Shown here: positions 15,780 through 23,061 of the stretch, one piece after another
Layout of the letters: the number at the start of each line of letters is the position of its first letter
Position numbering within the stretch: the stretch's first letter is position 1
NCBI GenBank assembly: GCA_964448675.1
Contig: CAYUZU010000013.1
Span: 53,328 to 77,327 of the forward strand
Length of the DNA stretch: 24,000 nt
From: an uncultured Planctomycetales bacterium
GTDB lineage: Bacteria > Planctomycetota > Phycisphaerae > UBA1845 > Fen-1342
Direction of reading: 5' to 3'
Translations under genes and position numbers: made by a program
Notes under the pieces: model-generated
What the model was told of the DNA's origin: nothing
The model's input: only the letters and a program-made list of their open reading frames with translations
Database searches by the model: none

Positions 15780-16592
15780 ATGCACCCGGCCACCCAGAGA
15801 CGCTTTGCGCTCATCGTGCTTGCCCTGTTCGCGACGACCACGTGGGCCCAGGACAACCCGCGGCGTAAGCCCCAGCCCGACCAGGATCGCCCGGCGGCCC
15901 GGCAGAATGAACGCCGGCAGACGGACAGGGCGCGGGACAGCCGCGCCCGCCGCGATCGCGCCGAACGGCGCCGCGCCGACGACCGGGCCGAACGGCGTGC
16001 CGCTCAGCGCGGCGAACGCCGTGACAGTCGCGCCGCGGCACCACGCAACGCGCGGCCGCCGAAGATGCACTTCTTCAAGATGCGCCACAACGACCCGCGC
16101 GAAGTCGCCAAGATCATCGCCCAGCTGCAGCCGGCGCTGCGCGACGAGGTGCACGTCGCCGTCGACGAGCGTACCCAGACGCTGATCGTCGCGGCCCAGA
16201 AGCCGCAAACGCACGAGGCGGTGAAGCGGCTGCTGGACGTGGTCGATCGGCCCCAGGAGGAGCCCGAGGACTGGCGCGTGGTGTATCGCGTCCACCGCGT
16301 CAAGCACCGCGAGGCGCCGTTCATCGCATCGCAGCTCCAGAACCTGCTCGTGCGCCAGAAACGCGATTGCCGCATCGTCGCCGACGAGGCCGGCCATGCG
16401 ATCTGGCTGGCAGGCCTGCAGAGCGAAATCGAGCCGCTGCTGGAAGTCGCCGAACAAATGGACCGCCCCGTGAAGAAGCAGCCCGCCAAGGCCCGCCAGG
16501 ACGACGCGAGGCACGGCAAGGAGCGCCGCGGCGACAAGCCGCCACGCAAGCAGAAGCCGCGTGAGGAACCCGGCCGGCGCGCGGACGGCTAG
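15780..16592 (+). CDS. secreted protein with two secretin-N-like (GspD N-domain type) modules flanked by Arg/Lys-rich low-complexity regions; no secretin beta-barrel
   Basis: AGGAGA SD. Signal peptide MHPATQRRFALIVLALFATTTWA. Module 1 (aa 96-158, nt 16065-16253): HFFKMRHNDPREVAKIIAQLQPALRDEVHVAVDERTQTLIVAAQKPQTHEAVKRLLDVVDRP. Module 2 (aa 166-230, nt 16275-16469): VVYRVHRVKHREAPFIASQLQNLLVRQKRDCRIVADEAGHAIWLAGLQSEIEPLLEVAEQMDRP. Both follow the Secretin_N pattern (f.l.h..a.e.a..l..l......v..D.rtn.l.v.g.......v..ll..lD.p). Confidence 0.6.
   Translation: MHPATQRRFALIVLALFATTTWAQDNPRRKPQPDQDRPAARQNERRQTDRARDSRARRDRAERRRADDRAERRAAQRGERRDSRAAAPRNARPPKMHFFKMRHNDPREVAKIIAQLQPALRDEVHVAVDERTQTLIVAAQKPQTHEAVKRLLDVVDRPQEEPEDWRVVYRVHRVKHREAPFIASQLQNLLVRQKRDCRIVADEAGHAIWLAGLQSEIEPLLEVAEQMDRPVKKQPAKARQDDARHGKERRGDKPPRKQKPREEPGRRADG
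15957..16037 (+). repeat. degenerate 27-nt (9-codon) tandem repeat encoding an Arg-rich RAERR-type motif inside the CDS
   Basis: Unit 1, 15957-15983: CGCGCCGAACGGCGCCGCGCCGACGAC (RAERRRADD). Unit 2, 15984-16010: CGGGCCGAACGGCGTGCCGCTCAGCGC (RAERRAAQR). Unit 3, 16011-16037: GGCGAACGCCGTGACAGTCGCGCCGCG (GERRDSRAA), more degenerate. Confidence 0.35.
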
Positions 16593-16809
16593 CCCCGCGC
16601 CGCCCGACCGGACCAACGCCCGCCGGCCGGCACGTCCCACCCCGCCACCCGCAGGCGTGCCGGCCACCCTCCGTGCAGTGCCCGTCCCGCCGACAGCGGC
16701 GGGCGGTGCCCGGCGCCATCTTGGCGGCGGCAGGCCGAGGGGGTATGTTCTGAGCCGAAGGGCGTGGCGCACGCCCGTTGTACTGGTGCGCCGGCCAGAG
16801 GTTGACCCC

Positions 16810-17709
16810 ATGAGTCCTGACGACGCCGATTCCACACAACGCAGACGCCGCATCAGCATCACTGGCACGCTGACGGCGCTGCTGCGCACGCGTATCACCA
16901 CGGGGATTCTGACGATTCTGCCGATCGCCCTGACCCTCTGGGTGGTGAAGGTGATCTTCATCTGGATGCGCGACGCGTCGCAGTGGGTGGTCAAGGCGTT
17001 CCTGCTCGCGGGCGTTGATCCGAACGCCAAGGACCCGCCCCCCTACCTGCAGAGCCTGCACTTCGACTGGGACGCCTGGCAGCGGCTCGACAAGCTCTAC
17101 ATGCAGGAGCGGTTCTTCGATTTCCTGCCCTGGTACTGGCAGTGGGGCATCAGCATTCTCTCGGTGCTGCTGACGATGTTCGTGTTCTACGCGATCGGGT
17201 TGTTCGCAGCGAACCTGTTCGGCCGGCGCGTGATCGAGTCGCTCGAGCAGCTCGTCGAGCGCGTGCCGATGATCAAGACCATCTATCGCCTGCCGAAGCA
17301 GGTCATTGCGACCTTCTCCGCCACACAGAGCCAGAACTTCCGCAAGGCCGCCCTGATCCCCTTCCCACAGGAGAAGATGCGCTCGGTGGGCTTCATCACG
17401 AACATCTTCACCGACTCGGTCACCGGCGAAGAGTTGTGCTCGGTGTTCATCGCCACCACGCCGAACCCCACCACCGGCTATCTCCAGGTGCTCAAGCGCG
17501 CCGACATCACCGAGCTGAACTGGTCCGTCGAGGAAGCGATTCGCTGCGTGATGTCCGGCGGCATCCTCAAGCCGCACTTCCTGACGATCGTGCCGAACAA
17601 GGACCTGCCGGACGACGTGCCCGAGGGCGTCGGTCGCACCAAGCTGCCGCCCGGGACACCACCCGACGCGGTCGACGTCGCGCCGACCGACATCCCGCCG
17701 AAGCCCTGA
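16810..17709 (+). CDS. DUF502 domain-containing membrane protein (299 aa)
   Basis: ATG at 16810, in frame with track ORF 16561..17709, whose upstream part is Pro/Arg-rich and likely non-coding. DUF502 pattern: GILTILPIALTLWVVKVIF, RVPMIKTIYRLPKQV, FRKAALIPFPQEKMRSVGFITN, VFIATTPNPTTGYL and SVEEAIRCVMSGGI. Confidence 0.8.
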   Translation: MSPDDADSTQRRRRISITGTLTALLRTRITTGILTILPIALTLWVVKVIFIWMRDASQWVVKAFLLAGVDPNAKDPPPYLQSLHFDWDAWQRLDKLYMQERFFDFLPWYWQWGISILSVLLTMFVFYAIGLFAANLFGRRVIESLEQLVERVPMIKTIYRLPKQVIATFSATQSQNFRKAALIPFPQEKMRSVGFITNIFTDSVTGEELCSVFIATTPNPTTGYLQVLKRADITELNWSVEEAIRCVMSGGILKPHFLTIVPNKDLPDDVPEGVGRTKLPPGTPPDAVDVAPTDIPPKP

Positions 17710-17749
17710 ACCCGACCCCCGCCGGGACTCCGCGAACGCCGGTCAATCA

Positions 17750-18592
17750 TCAGCCCGGTCGCTGAGCCCACACGCGGGCGCTGTGCACGTCGCCGCTCCA
17801 GCCGGCCAGGTGTTGGCATACCTCCAGCCCCGGCAGCAACGCCGGCCATTCTTCGGGTGCCAGCACATCATCGTCACCGGCTGGCCGGCCGTGCCGGTCA
17901 CGGTGCAGCGTGGTGAACGTCTCTCCGACGAAGCTGCCGCCGGGCTTCAGCCACGCCGCCAGGTGTCGCAACAACGCACGCGGCAAGTAGCGAATGGCGA
18001 CAATCAGGTCATACCCGCCCGCCGGCGGCTGCCAATCTTCGTCGAGCCGCGTAGCGACCCACTCGATTGATCCAGGCAGTCCGGGGTAGCGCGCGGCGAG
18101 GTCCTGCCCGCGCTGCAGCGCATCCGGCAGCGCGTCGACCGCGGTCACCGCACAGCCGGCAGAGGCAAGATACACCGCGTCGCGGCCCGTGCCGCAACCG
18201 AGGTCGAGCACCCGGCCGGGGGCCAGTTCGGCCGCGATGGACGCCAGCCAGGGATTCGGCTGCCACAGCCGGCCGCGACACAGATCGATCCGCTCGCCGG
18301 CCCGGCTCGGTGGGCGAACCAGCGTCGCGCGCCGGCCGTGCTGCTGCAGCCAGGCGACCACGGCCCGGGCCTCGTCCCCGGTGTCTGCGACGGCAACGTC
18401 TTCATCCCGCGACGGCAGCTCGTGCGTGCGCCGCGGCAGCTCGGCCGCCGGGATGTGGACGGCGGCAGCAATCGGATCGGCCGTGGCGGCGGCGGCCGAG
18501 CGGGGATCGAGGTAGCGGCACGGAACGAGGATCGACTGCACGGGCTGCTCCCGGGTGGACCGTCCCGGGCATCGTACGCAAGAGCCGGGCAT
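17750..18592 (-). CDS. class I SAM-dependent methyltransferase with an N-terminal rhodanese-like (apparently Cys-less) domain
   Basis: Motif I VLDLGCGTGRDAVYLA, then AVTAVD, YDLIVAIRYL and LKPGGSF. The N-terminal ~90 aa (YLDPRS, AVHIPAAEL, DEDVAVADTGDEARAVVAWLQQHG) resemble a rhodanese fold with Asp in the catalytic-Cys position. ATG at 18592. Confidence 0.75.
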   Translation of the reverse strand: MPGSCVRCPGRSTREQPVQSILVPCRYLDPRSAAAATADPIAAAVHIPAAELPRRTHELPSRDEDVAVADTGDEARAVVAWLQQHGRRATLVRPPSRAGERIDLCRGRLWQPNPWLASIAAELAPGRVLDLGCGTGRDAVYLASAGCAVTAVDALPDALQRGQDLAARYPGLPGSIEWVATRLDEDWQPPAGGYDLIVAIRYLPRALLRHLAAWLKPGGSFVGETFTTLHRDRHGRPAGDDDVLAPEEWPALLPGLEVCQHLAGWSGDVHSARVWAQRPG

Positions 18593-18616
18593 GCGGCCAT
18601 GGCCGGCGGGCGCAGT

Positions 18617-18645
18617 TTGACCCGTCGGCGGCCCCCGGCTAGGCT
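18617..18645 (+). promoter_or_regulatory. candidate sigma70-like promoter for the signal peptidase pair
   Basis: TTGACC (18617-18622), a 17-nt spacer, then TAGGCT (18640-18645). It sits about 52 nt upstream of the GTG at 18697 in the divergent intergenic region. Pattern match only. Confidence 0.25.
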
Positions 18646-18696
18646 AGTTCGCCGGTAAGGGGGGATGGCCTTGCACAGCAGTGAGCTTGACGACGC

Positions 18697-20313
18697 GTGA
18701 ATGACCAATCTGCCAATCTGCGCCGCGGCCGCAAGGCGGTTCACCAGCAACAGCGCGAACCGTGGCCCGAGCAGATCTCGTCGTTCGTGAGCTTCTTCAT
18801 CTACCTGCTGATCCTCAAGAGCTTCTTCCTGCCGCTGTTCATCATTCCGACCGGCTCGATGGCCGAGACGCTCTATGGCGCCCACGCGATGCACACCTGT
18901 CCGAACTGCGGTACCGAGTACGCCGTCGGCTGGCAGCCGCAGATCGTCCGCGGGCCGTATCAGCCGGTGGTGCAGTGCCCCAACTGCCGCTGGCGCGAGT
19001 ACTACGGCGACGTGAGCGCCATGCCCAAGGACCGCGCCAAGCCGGACAGCCTGCTTGCCGAGCCGCTGCGGCCGGCGGCCGGCGACCGCATTTTCGTGCA
19101 TGGGTGGCCGTACGACTGGCCGTTTGCGGGGCTCGACGACTTCGGCCCGCAGCGCTGGGACGTGGTGGTGTTCAAGGTACCGACCGACGGGCACACGAAC
19201 TACATCAAGCGGTTGATCGGACTACCGGGCGAGACGATCGAATTGGTCGACGGCGACGTGTTCGTCGATGGCGTGGTCGCCCCGAAAACCGCCGAGGCGC
19301 AACGCTCGCTCTGGTTCACGTACTACGACCAGAACCACCCCCCGGCCAAGCCCGCCGAGCAGGCGCACTACTTCCCGCGCTGGCTGCCGCGCAACGACGG
19401 CGACGCCTGGCAGGACCTCGACACGCGGGTGCTGCGCGTCGCGGCCACCCGGGATGAAGAGGCGACCATCCGCTTCACCACGGACCCGCGCCGGCCGGAC
19501 GTCCGCGGCCGCGTGGAGGACATCTACGCCTACAACGAACCCAATCTCAAGCGACGCAAGAACCTCGTGACGGATGTGCGCCTCTCGGCGGCGATCGGTG
19601 CCGCCAGCCTCGATGCACAAGGCTACATCGAGTTGCGCACCAGCAAGGGCGACCATCATTTCTTCGTCCGGGTCGAGCCGGACGAGGTGAAGCTCCAGCA
19701 CCGCCGCGGGCGTGCCGGCCCGCGAGAGACCTGGGGCAGCGTGCCGCGACCCGCGCATTGGCCGCTGCACATCGCGCTGTTCCATGTCGACGGGCGCGTC
19801 GGCGTCGAGCTGGATGGCGAACCAGTGCCCGCGCTGCAGTCGACCCCCGACCAGTACGCCTACACCCGCGCCGACGCGGCGCGCCTGTCCGGCGAGCGCA
19901 AGCCCGCACTGCTCGAAATCAGCGCGCGTGGCGCGACGGCGGCGCTGCACCACGTCCGCATCGACCGCGACGTCTACTACACCAGCACGATTCCCGGCAA
20001 CGACGCCGAAGCGGTTTATGGCGTGCAGGGGCACCCAATCACGCTGGGGCCGAACGACTACTTCGTGCTGGGGGACAACAGCCCCAACAGTGCCGACGCC
20101 CGCTACGCCTTCCGCACCCGCAAGAACCAGGACGCCGTCGCGCCACACCTGCATGAAGCGGCGCGCGAAGGCGACTTCCAGCTGGGCAGCGTACCGGGGC
20201 ACCAGCTCATCGGCCGCGCGTTCTTCGTCTACTGGCCCGGCTTCATGCCGGTCACGCCCTGGGGCGGCCCACACTTTCTGCCGGACCTGGGCCGGGCACG
20301 CTGGATACGCTGA
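18697..20313 (+). CDS. lepB: signal peptidase I (S26 family), atypical: Cys4 zinc-ribbon-like insertion and enlarged domain II (538 aa)
   Basis: GTG start at 18697, the only in-frame start upstream of the TM segment. TM FVSFFIYLLILKSFF. Ser box IIPTGSMAETL. CPNC-x22-CPNC at nt 18898-18987. Also GDRIFVHGWPY, RWDVVVFKVP, Lys box NYIKRLIGLPGETIE and box E YFVLGDNSPNSADARYAF. Confidence 0.85.
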   Translation: MNDQSANLRRGRKAVHQQQREPWPEQISSFVSFFIYLLILKSFFLPLFIIPTGSMAETLYGAHAMHTCPNCGTEYAVGWQPQIVRGPYQPVVQCPNCRWREYYGDVSAMPKDRAKPDSLLAEPLRPAAGDRIFVHGWPYDWPFAGLDDFGPQRWDVVVFKVPTDGHTNYIKRLIGLPGETIELVDGDVFVDGVVAPKTAEAQRSLWFTYYDQNHPPAKPAEQAHYFPRWLPRNDGDAWQDLDTRVLRVAATRDEEATIRFTTDPRRPDVRGRVEDIYAYNEPNLKRRKNLVTDVRLSAAIGAASLDAQGYIELRTSKGDHHFFVRVEPDEVKLQHRRGRAGPRETWGSVPRPAHWPLHIALFHVDGRVGVELDGEPVPALQSTPDQYAYTRADAARLSGERKPALLEISARGATAALHHVRIDRDVYYTSTIPGNDAEAVYGVQGHPITLGPNDYFVLGDNSPNSADARYAFRTRKNQDAVAPHLHEAAREGDFQLGSVPGHQLIGRAFFVYWPGFMPVTPWGGPHFLPDLGRARWIR

Positions 20314-20413
20314 TCCGCCGTCACGCGAAGATCGCGGCGCCGGCACTTGGCGCCTATCCGATGACACCCGACACTGCCCGACAAGCGAACGAAACCGACG
20401 GAGTGGTCACGCA

Positions 20414-21949
20414 GTGGACAAGCCCGGCGACGACGTGCCGACTTCGAGCAGCCATCCGGCCGGCGAGGCCCCGCAAACCTCGACGCCCGGGCCGGCCGCG
20501 GGGCGCGGCGACCGTGTCGGCGAGGTGATGCAGACCGTGCTGACCGGACTCGTGCTGGCGTTCATCATGCGCGCCTTCCTGGTCGAGCCCTTCATCATCC
20601 CGACCGGCTCGATGTCGCAGGCCCTGCTCGGCGGCCACGCGACCGAGACCTGCCCCGGCTGTGGCTACGAGTTCGACTACGCTCCGTTGCGCGGCGCGGA
20701 CACCGCTCAGGGCGTGTTCGTCCGCCCCGAAGACGTCGTCTGCCCGAACTGCCACCTGCACATCACACCCGGGGCGGAAACCACGATCCCCAAGGCCGGC
20801 GACCGCGTACTGGTGCACAAGTGGCCCTACGCCCTCGGCCTGACCACGCCGCAACGCTGGGACGTGGTCGTCTTTCGCGACCCCAGCGATGCCGAGCAGC
20901 ACTACATCAAACGCGTGGTGGCCCTGCCGAACGAGACGATCGAGATTGTCGACGGCGACGTCTACATCGATGAGCGCATCGCGCGCAAGCCGCCGTATGC
21001 GCAACGTGTGCTGTGGTTCCCGATCTTCGACCAGAGCTTCGTGCCGCACCCGGCGTCTCCCTCGGCGCGCCACCCGCGCTGGGTCGCCCTCGACGCGCCA
21101 CCTGGCGACGCGCCGGGTTGGGGCGGACTCGATGAACGGGTCCTCCGCTACCGAGCGGCCGACGCGCAGCCGCGTGCCATTGCTTTCAACGCCGACGCTG
21201 CCCGCGGCTACATGCAGGACTTCTATGCGTACAATCACGGATCGGCCGGGCACTTTGTAGGTGACATCCGCCTGCGCGCGACGCTGCACTGGTACCGCGG
21301 CGACGGCTGGGTGCGGCTCGAGCTGCAGCGCGCGCCCCGCGGCTTCGCTGTGCAGATCCACCGTGATGGTCGCGCGGAGTTGACCACCTGGGCGCACGAT
21401 GCGCCCAACGTCGTACAGACCCTGGTTGCGGGGCAGGTCGCGCGCGGCGCGCTGGATCGCCCCTGGGCGCTCGAGTTCGCACATGTCGACTATCGCGTCT
21501 ACCTGAAGCTCAATGGCATGATCGTCGTCACCACCGACGATCAAAGCTATGCGCCTGACCTTGCCGCCCTGCGCCGTTTCCGGCGCAGTCGCCCGACGGG
21601 CACGCATCTGGTGGCGGCGAACTGTAACTGCGCCTGGCACGACCTGCGGATCGAGCGCGACGTGTATTACACCGACAGCCCCGACACCCGCCGGGCCCAC
21701 GCCGGCGCGCCGTTCGTGTTGCGCGACAAGGAGTACTTCGTGCTGGGCGACAACAGCCCCGACAGTCACGACAGCCGGGAGTGGACAACGATCGGCCCGC
21801 ACCTGCCGCCCAAGGCACGCCCCGGTACCGTCCGGGCGGACCAGATTGTGGGGCAGGCGGCTTTGGTGTATCTTCCGGGCCTGTTACCGGGGGACGAGCG
21901 AGGACGATGGTTTCTGCCGGACCTCGGACGTGTCCGCTTCGTGCGGTAG
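20414..21949 (+). CDS. lepB: signal peptidase I (S26 family) paralog with the same atypical architecture (~511 aa)
   Basis: TM VLTGLVLAFIMRAFL. Ser box IIPTGSMSQAL. CPGC-x26-CPNC at nt 20651-20752. Also GDRVLVHKWPY, RWDVVVFRDP, HYIKRVVALPNETIE and YFVLGDNSPDSHDSREW. I prefer the GTG start at 20414: 34 of 38 codons from 20414 to 20527 end in G/C, against 5 of the preceding 12 in-frame codons. The ATG at 20528 is the conservative alternative. Confidence 0.85.
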   Translation: MDKPGDDVPTSSSHPAGEAPQTSTPGPAAGRGDRVGEVMQTVLTGLVLAFIMRAFLVEPFIIPTGSMSQALLGGHATETCPGCGYEFDYAPLRGADTAQGVFVRPEDVVCPNCHLHITPGAETTIPKAGDRVLVHKWPYALGLTTPQRWDVVVFRDPSDAEQHYIKRVVALPNETIEIVDGDVYIDERIARKPPYAQRVLWFPIFDQSFVPHPASPSARHPRWVALDAPPGDAPGWGGLDERVLRYRAADAQPRAIAFNADAARGYMQDFYAYNHGSAGHFVGDIRLRATLHWYRGDGWVRLELQRAPRGFAVQIHRDGRAELTTWAHDAPNVVQTLVAGQVARGALDRPWALEFAHVDYRVYLKLNGMIVVTTDDQSYAPDLAALRRFRRSRPTGTHLVAANCNCAWHDLRIERDVYYTDSPDTRRAHAGAPFVLRDKEYFVLGDNSPDSHDSREWTTIGPHLPPKARPGTVRADQIVGQAALVYLPGLLPGDERGRWFLPDLGRVRFVR

Positions 21950-22127
21950 TCGCCGGCCGGATGCCAGCTATCAAATGAGTTGTCAACAACGAGCGCGGCC
22001 AGAAATGCAACAGTTGCGCGATTTTGCGCACGGGGCCGTCTTGGCGCCCAATTGAGTTCAATCCAATGAGGTCCTTTTGCTAACGAATATAGCGCAAGCT
22101 ACGGCTACCTTTGGACGTGCGCGGTTT

Positions 22128-22149
22128 CTGCAGCCCGGCTGCGGGTTTT
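22128..22149 (+). terminator. rho-independent-type terminator or attenuator hairpin in the lepB-lptB intergenic region
   Basis: CTGCAGC (22128-22134), loop CCG, GCTGCGG (22138-22144): a 7-bp stem with one G-U pair. It is followed by G and TTTT (22146-22149). It lies about 180 nt after the lepB2 stop and about 118 nt before the lptB ATG. Confidence 0.4.
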
Positions 22150-22162
22150 CGCGCACCCCGTG

Positions 22163-22218
22163 GGGCCGCCGCCCCGAGATCCGGAACGGGTCCGACCAGT
22201 CGCCTGATCTGGCGGCCC
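22163..22218 (+). promoter_or_regulatory. long imperfect hairpin in the lptB 5' leader
   Basis: GGGCCGCC (22163-22170) pairs with GGCGGCCC (22211-22218). AGATC (22177-22181) pairs with GATCT (22206-22210). An inner CGGA/TCCG hairpin is also present. The structure ends 48 nt before the lptB ATG. Chance complementarity is common in GC-rich DNA, so confidence is low. Confidence 0.25.
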
Positions 22219-22266
22219 TGTGCACAGATTATCCACAGAACGCCTCAGCAGGCGGATCGTCACGCC

Positions 22267-23061
22267 ATGTTGCTTGAAGTTGAAAACCTGGTGAAGGCCT
22301 ACGGCGGCCGAACTGTCGTCAACCGCGTGAGTTACAGCGTCGACACCCGCGAGATTGTCGGCTTGCTCGGGCCCAACGGTGCCGGCAAGACGACCAGCTT
22401 CCGCATGACCGTCGGCATGATCACGCCCGAAGGCGGCGCGGTGCGTTTCAACGGCGAAGACATTACGCGCCTCCCCATGTACAAGCGGGCTCACCGCGGC
22501 ATCGGCTATCTCTCGCAGGAGCCCAGCGTCTTTCAGCGGCTTTCCGTCGAGCAGAACCTGATGGCCATCTGTGAGACCATGCGCTTCACCCGGGCCCAGC
22601 GGCGCCAGCAGGTCGAGGAACTCCTCGAACAGTTCGGCCTGCAGAAGGTGCGAAGAAACCCCGCCAAACGCATCTCCGGCGGCGAGCGGCGCAAACTCGA
22701 AATCGCCCGCGCGCTCATCACGCAACCCAAGCTCATCCTTCTCGATGAGCCGTTCAGCGGTGTCGATCCCATCGCGGTCGAGGGCCTGCGCGACGAGATC
22801 CTCCGCCTCCGCGAGAAGGACATCGCGATTCTACTCACGGATCACAACGTGCATGAAACGCTGAAGGTCACCGATCGCAGCTACGTCATCCACGAAGGGC
22901 AGGTGATCTGCTCCGGCCAGCCCAGTGAGCTGATCAACGACCCTCGCGTGCGCGAGACCTACCTCGGCAACACGTTCCGCGGCGACGAGTTTTCCCGTCG
23001 CGAGCAACCGCCAGTGCGGTTCAATCCGAGCCCGGTGCCCGACGATCATTCGTCCTCGTAG
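22267..23061 (+). CDS. lptB: LPS export ABC transporter ATP-binding protein LptB (264 aa, ~25-aa C-terminal extension)
   Basis: ATG at 22267, in frame with track ORF 22111..23061. Near-colinear with E. coli LptB as I remember it: LLGPNGAGKTTSF (Walker A), RGIGYLSQEPSVFQRLSV, ISGGERRKLEIARAL (signature), LILLDEPFSGVDP (Walker B), LLTDHNVHETL and RETYLG. Confidence 0.9.
   Translation: MLLEVENLVKAYGGRTVVNRVSYSVDTREIVGLLGPNGAGKTTSFRMTVGMITPEGGAVRFNGEDITRLPMYKRAHRGIGYLSQEPSVFQRLSVEQNLMAICETMRFTRAQRRQQVEELLEQFGLQKVRRNPAKRISGGERRKLEIARALITQPKLILLDEPFSGVDPIAVEGLRDEILRLREKDIAILLTDHNVHETLKVTDRSYVIHEGQVICSGQPSELINDPRVRETYLGNTFRGDEFSRREQPPVRFNPSPVPDDHSSS

Noticed and set aside
16760-16776. GC-rich hairpins in the 217-nt gap before the DUF502 gene: GGGCGTG-GCG-CACGCCC at 16760-16776, and CCCGCCG-ACAG-CGGCGGG about 70 nt upstream of it.
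   Set aside because: These are perfect 7-bp stems, but there is no U-tract, and such stems arise easily by chance in DNA this GC-rich. Evidence is insufficient to call a terminator or regulatory RNA.
20361-20528. 55-codon upstream ORF (MTPDTARQANETDG...) whose TGA overlaps the lepB2 ATG at 20528 in a TGATG arrangement, suggesting a coupled leader peptide.
   Set aside because: Its third-codon positions contain many A/T, whereas the lepB2 frame over 20414-20527 is 34/38 G/C at position 3. The region is better explained as the N-terminus of lepB2 starting at GTG 20414.
21975-22055. 26-codon ORF (MSCQQRARPEMQQLRDFAHGAVLAPN) in the AT-rich intergenic island.
   Set aside because: Only about 14 of 26 codons end in G/C, far below the coding bias seen in every supported gene here. 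There is no SD. The ORF is treated as non-coding.
22042-22055. Sigma-54-like element TGGCGC-N4-TTGA upstream of lptB.
   Set aside because: The GG-to-G spacing is one nucleotide shorter than the TGGCAC-N5-TTGC consensus, and the conserved -12 GC is GA here. The match is not convincing.
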